Positions 8,349-16,104 of a stretch of DNA of 34,483 nt are shown one piece after another. Both the position numbers and the translations under genes were made by a program. Under the pieces are notes generated by a model. The model made no database searches and was not told the origin of the DNA. It worked only from the letters and a program-made list of their open reading frames with translations. The first letter of the stretch is position 1. Each line of letters starts with the position of its first letter. Location: positions 1 through 34,483 of IMG/VR virus record IMGVR_UViG_3300032212_000100; one strand, given 5' to 3'. Source of the stretch: a virus. Lineage: Duplodnaviria > Caudoviricetes.

Positions 8349-8564
8349 CTAACCGCCTAGCTTTGTATCAACACCAAGCTTTTCCCCAGCCTCACCACCA
8401 GCTGTACCAAACAAAGACCGTCTCCCTAACTGCCTCGTTTTTCTAAGCTTCTCCCTACGATCCAAATCCTCCTGGATCTTGGCACGCTCTTCATCTTCAC
8501 GTTTAAAAGCCTCGTTTTGTCGCCTTAAAGCAGACTGATCTATAGCCGGAGCCTTCTTTTTCAT
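8349..8564 (-). CDS. Small basic virion protein of the type usually found just upstream of the portal
   Basis: 71 aa ending GRRSLF...TKLGG. Confidence 0.6.
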   Translation of the reverse strand: MKKKAPAIDQSALRRQNEAFKREDEERAKIQEDLDRREKLRKTRQLGRRSLFGTAGGEAGEKLGVDTKLGG

Positions 8565-9025
8565 GATAAATCACCCCTTTTTTCAAATGTTTCATTCAAC
8601 TCATTAATGTCAATCGTATCAATTGTTGAGTTTTTTAGCCACAAATATAATTGGTAAGGTGTTATAGCAAAACATTTTCTTAAAGAGAGTATAGATTTAC
8701 TTAATGACACACAATACAAAAGACCCCTGCAAAAATCAACTTCAGATAAACCATTCTTAACCTTCAAAACCTTTGCATTATGCATAGAAACAAGTTCAAA
8801 TGCATATACATCAGCAGGAAGCTTTTCAAATCTTATATTAACATTACCATACAAATAATCAACACACTGCGTAACATTACCTATATCTGTGAAAACAAAA
8901 CAATGGCCAAACCCCTTACATGTAAACCAACGCCACCATGATAAATTCTCAGAATCAATAAAGGCTATATACCAATTAACAGTATGATCACAACTATTAG
9001 ACTCAACAAAATCAAATAAGCTCAT
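8561..9025 (-). CDS. Putative permuted papain-like (NlpC/P60-related) protein
   Basis: His before Cys (GFGHCF ... YCVS) followed by ITPYQLY. Confidence 0.5.
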   Translation of the reverse strand: MSLFDFVESNSCDHTVNWYIAFIDSENLSWWRWFTCKGFGHCFVFTDIGNVTQCVDYLYGNVNIRFEKLPADVYAFELVSMHNAKVLKVKNGLSEVDFCRGLLYCVSLSKSILSLRKCFAITPYQLYLWLKNSTIDTIDINELNETFEKRGDLS

Positions 9026-10527
9026 TATACGTTAAAATCCGTTCTAGCAGTTATGTTTCCTGTGAATTTACTGTTACTCCTTTTCATACTACGTGTTTCA
9101 CCTGCACCTGACAACCCATATTGAAGAGCATCATGCGGGTGTGAAAACTTACTTTTCTTATCAGGCTCATCAGCGTGTCTCTCTTCACCAGAAACCTGCA
9201 ACTGTCTATATTTATAACCACCATTAAAACCTCTACGCAAAACTTTACATGAAGGAGAAACAATAAATGCAGGCTCACCGTCAACCATTTTATTTAAAAC
9301 ATGTTCAACAGTTGCGATACGCTCACCTATACGGTTCGTTGTTGGAGCTGGCAATATCTTAAGACCTGCAGCGCGCGCTATCTCAACATACGTTCTTTCA
9401 TCGTTTTGAGACTTAAACGTACCAGCAGGATCTCCATACAAAGAGACCTCATTAGTTGGAAACTTGATAGCTATCTCACTTTTAAGCAACTGACAAAATT
9501 GTTCAGCACCCATATCTAACACACAAAGCTCATGAACAGCTTGCCATTGACCGCGTGAAGTTCTCTGTAAAAACACAACAGCTGGGCAACGCCCACTTGA
9601 GTCAAAACCACCTATAATCTGCCCGAACTCAATAATTTTTAAATTACTTTTTGCTGTATGTACACCATCATTCCATGACGCTTCATAAACAGGTTTACCA
9701 TCTTTAATAAAACCATATTTACCATGAACATAAACATCAACCCACTCTTTATTCTTACCAATAGCAAGGTTTTCATAGTAATTTTTTGGTAAGTTTTTAA
9801 TATTCTCAGCCTCACTAGATACACCGGAAGGTTGGTCAAAAAATTCCCATCTAGAAGAAGGCGAAAAACTTTCAATAGGAAGAATCTCTTTTGTATTAAC
9901 ATCAGCTCGCCAAGACTCATTTTCAGCTAAGTCATACCACCAGTGCTCATCTGTTGGTGGGTTTGTATCTGCTATAATACCAAACCTTGTTGGCCACTCA
10001 TTATTAGGAATACTATCTGGTTTCTCTTTTTTACTAGGATAACGACCAACACGGCCTGTAGCAGCATCAATAATAGCTTTTCTTATCTGCCTCGCTTCAT
10101 TAAACCAAATAAACGTTGCCTCCAAAGAAAGCAGTTTATCAATATCTTCAGGCTTATCTAAAGCAAGGAAAATAATTTCCATTTCCATCTTAGACCCATC
10201 AGCCATATTCTGTCTAATAACCTGAGTATATGGAGGTTTTTTACTTCTGCGGCCAAAACCATCACGCTCAGAAAACCAATCATCCCAACTTTTCATTGTT
10301 GTTGTTTCAAGTTGAGGTAAAGTGTTTCTTACAATAATGTGTCTTGTTTTTCTAACACCATTTATATCAGGCTCCTGCAAACATCCAAGCCTGTAAAGCT
10401 CAACAATACAGGCAACACTTTTACCAGAACCGATAGGGCCCATAATCCCACGAAAAAACGCAGGGCTATTATGAAATAACCCACATGTTTTTGATGCTTT
10501 ATAATTTACAGCCTTATTTTTCGACAT
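9025..10527 (-). CDS. terL: Terminase large subunit
   Basis: Walker A GPIGSGKS, Walker B WFNEA, DTNPP, and nuclease motifs GFD, YGDPAG, HPHDALQY. Confidence 0.95.
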   Translation of the reverse strand: MSKNKAVNYKASKTCGLFHNSPAFFRGIMGPIGSGKSVACIVELYRLGCLQEPDINGVRKTRHIIVRNTLPQLETTTMKSWDDWFSERDGFGRRSKKPPYTQVIRQNMADGSKMEMEIIFLALDKPEDIDKLLSLEATFIWFNEARQIRKAIIDAATGRVGRYPSKKEKPDSIPNNEWPTRFGIIADTNPPTDEHWWYDLAENESWRADVNTKEILPIESFSPSSRWEFFDQPSGVSSEAENIKNLPKNYYENLAIGKNKEWVDVYVHGKYGFIKDGKPVYEASWNDGVHTAKSNLKIIEFGQIIGGFDSSGRCPAVVFLQRTSRGQWQAVHELCVLDMGAEQFCQLLKSEIAIKFPTNEVSLYGDPAGTFKSQNDERTYVEIARAAGLKILPAPTTNRIGERIATVEHVLNKMVDGEPAFIVSPSCKVLRRGFNGGYKYRQLQVSGEERHADEPDKKSKFSHPHDALQYGLSGAGETRSMKRSNSKFTGNITARTDFNV

Positions 10528-11029
10528 CTATACACTCAGCATTTATAGTTTTCATATCATCACCACCAATATCAATATTAACGGTAACACTTACACCTTC
10601 TTGGTCTTTTCTATCCATTTGACCGGTCGCTTTTAGTGCATCGCTACTCATTTTTGCAAGTGTATTTGCAAACATAGCTTTTGTAGGGCCTTTTTCAGTA
10701 CGATAAACTTCATGAAATTCATCCATCAACTCCATATGCTTACCAGCTGTGAATTTTGCATTCATCCTATACTGGAAAGATGCAGATCTATTTATCTGAA
10801 TCATCTCATTTTCAACATAAGGGTTATTTAAAAACTCAGATCTCTTGTTATTTGGAACACCTGCTTCTTTTAACGCGTTGTCCTGGTCCAAATGTTCTGA
10901 ATAATGCTTAAAAAAAACAAGCTGCTGTTGACTAAATATGTAAGAGTCAGAAGAAGCACCCCCTCGCTTAGGTACAGATTCAGGTATTTTCCTTACTGGT
11001 ACTTTTTCATTTTTTTCTAAATCCGCCAT
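10514..11029 (-). CDS. Probable terminase small subunit
   Basis: Overlaps the terL start, has an N-terminal helical segment and C-terminal VTVNIDIG. ATG at 11029. Confidence 0.65.
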   Translation of the reverse strand: MADLEKNEKVPVRKIPESVPKRGGASSDSYIFSQQQLVFFKHYSEHLDQDNALKEAGVPNNKRSEFLNNPYVENEMIQINRSASFQYRMNAKFTAGKHMELMDEFHEVYRTEKGPTKAMFANTLAKMSSDALKATGQMDRKDQEGVSVTVNIDIGGDDMKTINAECIDVEK

Positions 11030-11327
11030 GAGCACCTTTATCTACAATAATTCCAAGCTCTTCAAGCCTAGAAACAACAATTTCATGCCTCAAAAACCTT
11101 GAAGCTCCACTGCGTCTAGCATTGTATGCAGCACGTGCACACCAACTACCATTACCAATACCTGCATTACTTGCAGCCAAAACCTTAACACCATGCAAAC
11201 TCCTACCGCCATCCCAACGTTCTTTTATCAAAGACGCAAGTTCATTAGCAAACCTTAAACGAGAAGCCTTAGCATCTTCTGTAAGCTTGTCATGCCACCA
11301 ATTCTTATGATCATATTTATTTTCCAC
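11007..11327 (-). CDS. Hypothetical basic protein
   Basis: 106-aa ORF overlapping the putative terS start. Confidence 0.6.
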   Translation of the reverse strand: MENKYDHKNWWHDKLTEDAKASRLRFANELASLIKERWDGGRSLHGVKVLAASNAGIGNGSWCARAAYNARRSGASRFLRHEIVVSRLEELGIIVDKGAHGGFRKK

Positions 11328-11392
11328 CCATCAACATTACCAGTGTGCATAGTACATTGCAACAAATTTAAAAAGATGTTTAAAATCAACGG

Positions 11393-11660
11393 TGTAACAA
11401 ACTGTAACAAACTTGTAACATAATTTTCTGTTTAATTTCAATGGTGTAACAAATGTAACTGATGTAACAAACTTTTCTCGAGAACCCCACATGCACACGC
11501 ACATGCGCACACGTGCACACGCACATGCGCACACACCCACATACGCTTATATATATATATTGTTACATTTGTTACATATATATATATAAAGCCAAAACCC
11601 TTTCTCACTTTCATCTTTTGCTGTAACAAGCATTTGTTACAAAATGTTACATTTGTTACA
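11393..11660. repeat. Iteron cluster, putative replication origin
   Basis: TGTAAC(A/T) at 11393, 11403, 11414, 11445, 11454, 11463, 11622. TGTTACA at 11561, 11570, 11635, 11645, 11654. A purine-pyrimidine alternating tract and (TA)n tracts lie in the middle. Confidence 0.75.
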
Positions 11661-11886
11661 AAAGTCAACAAATCCGCGCTCCCAAAATTTCCTCCAAACA
11701 TAAGCTGGATTTCACTTTTTAGTTGTTTATGTTAAAAAAACAGGAAAATAAAGATCCGCCTTTCGTGATAAGACTTTTATAAAACTAACCCCAATACGTG
11801 GGTGGCGGGACCGTTTTCCGGGGGCCTCTTTTTTTTCGCCATATACACCCCCCCTATCTACTTTTTAACCAAAACAAGCCATTTAG

Positions 11887-11912
11887 TGTAAATCACTGAA
11901 CAGTGGTTAACA
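11887..11912. other. Candidate serine recombinase crossover site (12-2-12 imperfect inverted repeat)
   Basis: TGTAAATCACTG-AA-CAGTGGTTAACA, arms match 10/12. Confidence 0.4.
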
Positions 11913-12089
11913 AAAAACCGCAAAAAATCCCCTTACATATGATAGATTTATTTAACTTTTAAACCCAAAATCAGCAAAATAACGGCCTGAGAATGCATAC
12001 AATTCAAGCTCAGCAAGGATTTTCGCTTATTATTTTGCTCACCACTTAGTAGCGCGGATTTGTAACTTTAAAAAAATACATAAAAGGGC

Positions 12090-12118
12090 TTGACGTTCTT
12101 ACAAAGAAACACTATAAA
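12090..12118 (+). promoter_or_regulatory. Sigma70-like early promoter
   Basis: TTGACG, 17 nt, TATAAA, with an A-rich upstream tract. Confidence 0.75.
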
Positions 12119-12126
12119 TATATTTA

Positions 12127-12150
12127 GCTGATAACTAAAAAGGATAAAAC
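12127..12150 (+). promoter_or_regulatory. Leader box pair 1 (putative antisense target) spanning the RBS
   Basis: GCTGATAAC (12127-12135) and GGATAAAAC (12142-12150), each complementary to a hairpin tip of the 14747-14903 RNA. Confidence 0.65.
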
Positions 12151-12153
12151 GAC

Positions 12154-12291
12154 ATGATAAAACAAATTAAAACGATCACAGCGCCATTTAGCGCAAAACA
12201 GTTGATGCTTGAATATGCGATTGTGCTTATATCAATATTCAGCTTCCTTTCACTATTAACAATAATTGCCGTAATGGCTGGGGGTGAATAA
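12154..12291 (+). CDS. 45-aa single-pass membrane peptide, first early gene
   Basis: MIKQIKTITAPFSAKQLMLEYAIVLISIFSFLSLLTIIAVMAGGE. SD AAAGGA, TAATG overlap with the next ORF. Below the ORF-track cutoff. Confidence 0.7.
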   Translation: MIKQIKTITAPFSAKQLMLEYAIVLISIFSFLSLLTIIAVMAGGE

Positions 12292-12530
12292 TGCAAAACC
12301 TACAAGCAATAGAAATAAAATACCTGCGCCCCACAAACACACGTGGCGCACGTATGCAAGCAACAGCTGCAGCAGGAAGAAAGCTTTTTCCGTACGATTT
12401 TGAAAAAACAATCCAAGAGCAAGCAAAAGACGTTGCAGCGCAATATTGCAAGCTTAAAGGGTGGAGCTATAAAACGCTGCACATTGGCATATTAAAGAAC
12501 GGCAATTCCGTTGCTGTGATGACAAGGTAA
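12291..12530 (+). CDS. Hypothetical early protein
   Basis: 79 aa with IEIKYLRPTNTRGARM, coupled to the upstream stop codon. Confidence 0.75.
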   Translation: MQNLQAIEIKYLRPTNTRGARMQATAAAGRKLFPYDFEKTIQEQAKDVAAQYCKLKGWSYKTLHIGILKNGNSVAVMTR

Positions 12531-12541
12531 AGGTTGGAATC

Positions 12542-12844
12542 ATGAAAAAAGAAATTATCTTAAAAGAGGTTTATGTCATGCGTGGCGCAAAAAGGGAAAA
12601 AGTGACATACCCAAGCAAATCAACAGACAAAAACTTAAAATTTAAACTAGGTGATAGGGTGGAATATACAAACGATTACGGCGTTAAATTTAAAGAACTT
12701 CAAATAATAGGTTTTTTTGAACCAAATTTAAATTGCCGTGTAGATGCTGGCTTGTGGAAAAGCGGTAAACGCTACCACATCAGCACAGATTGTCACTGGT
12801 CACCAGTGACAGAAAAAAGCCTAAAACTTGAGAGGAGCAAATAA
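12542..12844 (+). CDS. Hypothetical early protein (SH3-like FKLGDRV motif)
   Basis: 100-aa ORF in the operon. Confidence 0.7.
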   Translation: MKKEIILKEVYVMRGAKREKVTYPSKSTDKNLKFKLGDRVEYTNDYGVKFKELQIIGFFEPNLNCRVDAGLWKSGKRYHISTDCHWSPVTEKSLKLERSK

Positions 12845-12845
12845 G

Positions 12846-13127
12846 ATGCTGTTAACATACGCAAAAGGCAACGCTTATGCAGTTGTAAGGGATGACATGA
12901 CACACAACGGCTACATCGAACACATTAAAACAGGCATAACAACAGCATGGTTTGTATGCTCTGAAGGCGCCGAAGAACTTTTAAACCTTAGAAGATTAAG
13001 AAAGGCGCTAGGGAAAAACGGGCTTGACGGCGCATGCTCTGAATATTTTACGGAAGGTGCAACGGTTTACAACGCACTTTGCGAATACGGGCACATTCAC
13101 AACGGGCACTTTGAAAAAGGAGATTAA
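12846..13127 (+). CDS. Hypothetical early protein
   Basis: ATG at 12846 (MLLTYAKG) after SD GAGGAG. Confidence 0.65.
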   Translation: MLLTYAKGNAYAVVRDDMTHNGYIEHIKTGITTAWFVCSEGAEELLNLRRLRKALGKNGLDGACSEYFTEGATVYNALCEYGHIHNGHFEKGD

Positions 13128-13171
13128 AACATTCAATCCAGCGCCTTGCGGGGTGCTGGGGTGAGTATTTT
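13126..13171 (+). promoter_or_regulatory. Long imperfect intergenic hairpin (RNase III-type processing site or stabiliser)
   Basis: TCCAGCGCCT-TGCG-GGGTGCTGGG, extendable to about 19 bp with G-U pairs and two mismatches. Confidence 0.55.
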
Positions 13172-13182
13172 ACTCAAAACAA

Positions 13183-13204
13183 GCTGATAACAATTAAAAG
13201 GATA
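13183..13204 (+). promoter_or_regulatory. Leader box pair 2 (putative antisense target) spanning the RBS
   Basis: GCTGATAACA (13183-13192) and GGATA (13200-13204), the same arrangement as at 12127-12150. Confidence 0.6.
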
Positions 13205-13211
13205 TTATATC

Positions 13212-13496
13212 ATGACAAACGAACACATAAAAACGCAATGGCATATATCAGACAATAAGAAAATGCCTTATTTAATTTACAATAACAAAGGCTATGCCGT
13301 TGCTGACTGTAAAGTATATCACGGGAAAAGTGATATAAAATCAGACATGAACTTAATAGCAGCAGCGCCAGAAATGTTAGAAGCCCTTGAATCGGTGCTC
13401 CCTGATCTAAAACACTATATTTCAATACAAGGGGCAGGCCCAGACAAAAGGCTTGAGGCCGTTATTTCAGCAATTAAAAAAGCAAAGGGGGAATAA
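13212..13496 (+). CDS. Hypothetical early protein (LIAAAPEMLEAL family)
   Basis: Common phage motif NLIAAAPEMLEAL...AIKKAKGE. SD AAAGGA. Confidence 0.8.
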   Translation: MTNEHIKTQWHISDNKKMPYLIYNNKGYAVADCKVYHGKSDIKSDMNLIAAAPEMLEALESVLPDLKHYISIQGAGPDKRLEAVISAIKKAKGE

Positions 13497-13498
13497 TC

Positions 13499-13666
13499 AT
13501 GTACATGACAGTTCTTTATCACAGACACGAAACCCATGATCAATGGGCGGTTATTAACTGTAAAACTGGTGAATATTACCATGCAGAGACGCCAGACAAG
13601 CCGGCAAATGATGAATTAATGAGAAAATTAACCTTAGGAGCAAAGGCTCAAGAAAATGAAAAATGA
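13499..13666 (+). CDS. Hypothetical 55-aa protein
   Basis: MYMTVLYHRHETHDQWAVINCKTGEYY..., SD AGGGGG, fills the operon gap. Confidence 0.6.
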   Translation: MYMTVLYHRHETHDQWAVINCKTGEYYHAETPDKPANDELMRKLTLGAKAQENEK

Positions 13667-13835
13667 TATAAACGAAGTTTTCCGTATACTTGACGAAGCA
13701 ACGGAAGATATGCGAAACCCGCCACCGCATGAAGATATGAATCTAAAAACATCTCTTACAGGTGCAGAAATTGAAGGGATTTACGACAATATTGTATCAG
13801 CAATGAAAATATTGGAGGGAATATCAGATGAATAA
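13656..13835 (+). CDS. Hypothetical 59-aa acidic protein
   Basis: MKNDINEVFRILDEATED..., overlaps both neighbours. Confidence 0.6.
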   Translation: MKNDINEVFRILDEATEDMRNPPPHEDMNLKTSLTGAEIEGIYDNIVSAMKILEGISDE

Positions 13836-14493
13836 AGCCATTGCATACATCAGAGTTTCAACAGAAAAACAAGCTATCCATGGGGTTAGCTTGGAGGCTC
13901 AAGAGAAGAAAATCAAGGAATATTGCACGCGCAAAAACCTTGATTTGTCAAAAATAATGATTGATAAAGGCGTTTCAGGAGGTACAAAGCTAAAAAACCG
14001 CCCTGAAGGGTGCAAAATATCGCAAGAAATAGCAGCAGGAATAACGCATATTGTATCAGTGAAGCTAGATAGACTCTTTCGCGACACTGTTGACGCCCTC
14101 GTTTCAATTGAAACATGGGAAGAGAAAGGCGTTGCCCTTCACTTACTAGATTTTGCAGGTGAAGAGGTCAGCAGCAACAGCAGCGCAGGAAAACTAATGT
14201 TTACCATCCACGCAGGCTTTGCCCAAATGGAAAAAGATCTCATAAAAGAGCGCACAACAGTTGCCTTATCACACAAAAAAGCAAAGGGCGAAAGGTGCGG
14301 GCAAATACCATTTGGTTATACCGTAAACAACAAAGTTTTAGTTGAAGTGCCAGGGCGTGAAAAAGCATTGGAATGCATACATGAATTACACAAAATTGGG
14401 AAAAGTAGCCGCTTCATTGCAGATGCAATACAATCAGATTTTGGCCTAAAAGTAAGCCATGTAACCGTAAACAAGCTAATTAAGGAGATCTAG
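13828..14493 (+). CDS. Serine recombinase (resolvase/invertase family)
   Basis: AYIRVST catalytic motif, DKGVSG, KLDRLFR, MEKDLIKERT, then PFGY and a C-terminal HTH-like segment. 221 aa. Confidence 0.93.
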   Translation: MNKAIAYIRVSTEKQAIHGVSLEAQEKKIKEYCTRKNLDLSKIMIDKGVSGGTKLKNRPEGCKISQEIAAGITHIVSVKLDRLFRDTVDALVSIETWEEKGVALHLLDFAGEEVSSNSSAGKLMFTIHAGFAQMEKDLIKERTTVALSHKKAKGERCGQIPFGYTVNNKVLVEVPGREKALECIHELHKIGKSSRFIADAIQSDFGLKVSHVTVNKLIKEI

Positions 14494-14494
14494 T

Positions 14495-14737
14495 ATGATT
14501 TTTGGACCATGCCCGTACTGTGATGAAATAGTTGCTAACGCAATTCCAGATGAAACACCTGTATTCGGAAAAACAACATGTGAAAACTGTGGCAAAGAAT
14601 ACTGGTTAAGATACAGCAGAATATCCCCAGAAGCGTACACAAAAGAGCAGTTTGAAGATGAATATGAAATCAATAAAGAAACAAAAGTAATCAGCCTCAA
14701 AAGAAAAAATCTTGACAACGTAAACAAGGAAATGTAA
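14495..14737 (+). CDS. Zinc-ribbon hypothetical protein
   Basis: CPYC...CENC. Confidence 0.75.
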   Translation: MIFGPCPYCDEIVANAIPDETPVFGKTTCENCGKEYWLRYSRISPEAYTKEQFEDEYEINKETKVISLKRKNLDNVNKEM

Positions 14738-14740
14738 CGT
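14712..14740 (+). promoter_or_regulatory. Sigma70-like promoter of the predicted ncRNA
   Basis: TTGACA (14712-14717), 17 nt, TAACGT (14735-14740). No substantial ORF lies between it and the terminator. Confidence 0.7.
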
Positions 14741-14746
14741 ATCACA

Positions 14747-14903
14747 AGTTAATTGTTCCTTTAGAGATTAACTAAATTTTCAGGAAAGGTTTTATCCAAC
14801 CCTACCTGAAAAAGGGTGGGTCAGTTCAAATGTTATCAGCATTCAACTTCCAACCCATCCACCCATAAGTGCCCAATAAAAAGCCTCTTAACAGAGGCTT
14901 TTT
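14747..14903 (+). ncRNA. Predicted structured antisense sRNA (three hairpins plus terminator)
   Basis: H1 14747-14773, H2 14777-14812 (loop TTATCC), H3 14814-14860 (loop TTATCAG), bounded by a promoter and a terminator. H2 and H3 tips are complementary to the early leader boxes. Confidence 0.7.
14878..14903. terminator. Bidirectional rho-independent terminator
   Basis: AAAAAGCCTCT-TAAC-AGAGGCTTTTT between converging units. Confidence 0.9.
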
Positions 14904-14905
14904 AT

Positions 14906-15016
14906 TTATAGTTTTCTTAAATTATACTTATGCGTAAACAAACAGTGCACACAAACAAATTTACTTTCCACACACACACCAGAATGGAAACCAATCCAAC
15001 ACAAAAACTTCCTCAT
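14906..15016 (-). CDS. 36-aa Cys/His protein (DUF1660-like)
   Basis: MRKFLCWIGFHSGVCVESKFVCVHCLFTHKYNLRKL, SD AGGAG, ends at the terminator. Confidence 0.6.
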   Translation of the reverse strand: MRKFLCWIGFHSGVCVESKFVCVHCLFTHKYNLRKL

Positions 15017-15017
15017 A

Positions 15018-15269
15018 TTAAGATACTCCTTTTCCATCTAACACACGCCTTGCATCAGTGAGGATCTTAGTACCAGTTAAATAACCAGCAGAAGGGTGAT
15101 TTTTATCAAGCAACCCTTCAATAAAAGCTATCATGTTATCGTGCATATTGATACACAATGCCATTTCAGCTGCTTCCTCTTCATTTTCAGCCGTACATAT
15201 AAACTTTCTGTCGCGACTCACCAAAATATTAGCGTAAACACTTACAGGTTTTTTAATTGAACTACTCAC
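15018..15269 (-). CDS. Hypothetical protein
   Basis: 83-aa ORF in a tightly packed operon. Confidence 0.65.
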   Translation of the reverse strand: MSSSIKKPVSVYANILVSRDRKFICTAENEEEAAEMALCINMHDNMIAFIEGLLDKNHPSAGYLTGTKILTDARRVLDGKGVS

Positions 15270-15271
15270 AA

Positions 15272-15838
15272 TTACACCTTCACACCTTCCATAACATCAG
15301 ATTTTAAGTAAACAACCTGGTTGTTGTGTTCAGGGTGTCTTGCCTTCATCCACTCTTTTTTACTTGCATTGAACTTAACCGTTGCAATTGTATTACCACG
15401 CAATGTTGCTGCACGCTCCTTGGTAACAAACACCTTCCCATAAATTGTAAATTCACCCGTTGGCGTAACATTAAAATTACGTTCATGCGCAAGTTTTGAA
15501 TTTATAGCAGCCTTTCTATCAACACGCCCCCTCTCCCTTTCCGCGTGCTGTTCTTTTGTGACACCTATATTTTGTTTTGATGTAACGGCGCTTGTCTGAC
15601 CATCAGGTATAACATCCTTCAACTGTACAACATTACCAGCATCACGCTCCTTAGCTACTTTTGCAGCATTAAAAGCAGCCTCAGCAACACCCTTAGAAAG
15701 AGGGAGTACAGAAGTTTTTACTTTAATAGAACCGCCTGTTGTTTGATTCAAAATCTCAGCCTTCAGCATATCACCAGCATTTGCATTAAGTACGGAAAGT
15801 ATCCATTCCCTATCTATATTCATTTGTTTCATAATCAA
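15272..15838 (-). CDS. Hypothetical protein, possible C-terminal DNA-binding domain
   Basis: 188 aa. The C-terminal VTKERAATLRG...VVYLKSDV resembles excisionase/MerR-like HTH folds (weak). Confidence 0.65.
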   Translation of the reverse strand: MIMKQMNIDREWILSVLNANAGDMLKAEILNQTTGGSIKVKTSVLPLSKGVAEAAFNAAKVAKERDAGNVVQLKDVIPDGQTSAVTSKQNIGVTKEQHAERERGRVDRKAAINSKLAHERNFNVTPTGEFTIYGKVFVTKERAATLRGNTIATVKFNASKKEWMKARHPEHNNQVVYLKSDVMEGVKV

Positions 15839-16104
15839 TGTGTCCTTATATTTATTGTTGTATAACCTGGTTGTTTACCTTCACCTTCAGAGCAAAACTT
15901 AATAGCTTTGCCAAAATCCTTAAAGTGAATGTTCCTACGTATAGGATCTGCCAACGTATTTGGGTACCTATCTTTAAAATGGTTAAAGAAAGCATCACGC
16001 TGCTCACCATTTTTCAAGTAAACACACCCAAAAAGAGATCCTCCATCATCCTCCATAAACTCATGGAGTTCTTTATTCATCATTCGTTCACTGTTTTTTG
16101 TCAT
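15835..16104 (-). CDS. Hypothetical protein
   Basis: ATG at 16104 after SD GGGG. Confidence 0.6.
   Translation of the reverse strand: MTKNSERMMNKELHEFMEDDGGSLFGCVYLKNGEQRDAFFNHFKDRYPNTLADPIRRNIHFKDFGKAIKFCSEGEGKQPGYTTINIRTH

Noticed and set aside
11393-11660. CRISPR array or mini-array
   Set aside because: Repeats are only 7 bp, irregularly spaced and in both orientations. No cas genes are recognisable.
11337-11701. ORFs 11337..11540 and 11438..11701
   Set aside because: Their translations (CACACARV, VTNVT) simply reflect the DNA repeats.
14830-14868. 12-codon ORF inside the predicted sRNA
   Set aside because: Very short, with its start buried in hairpin 3. The structure and target complementarity explain the sequence better.
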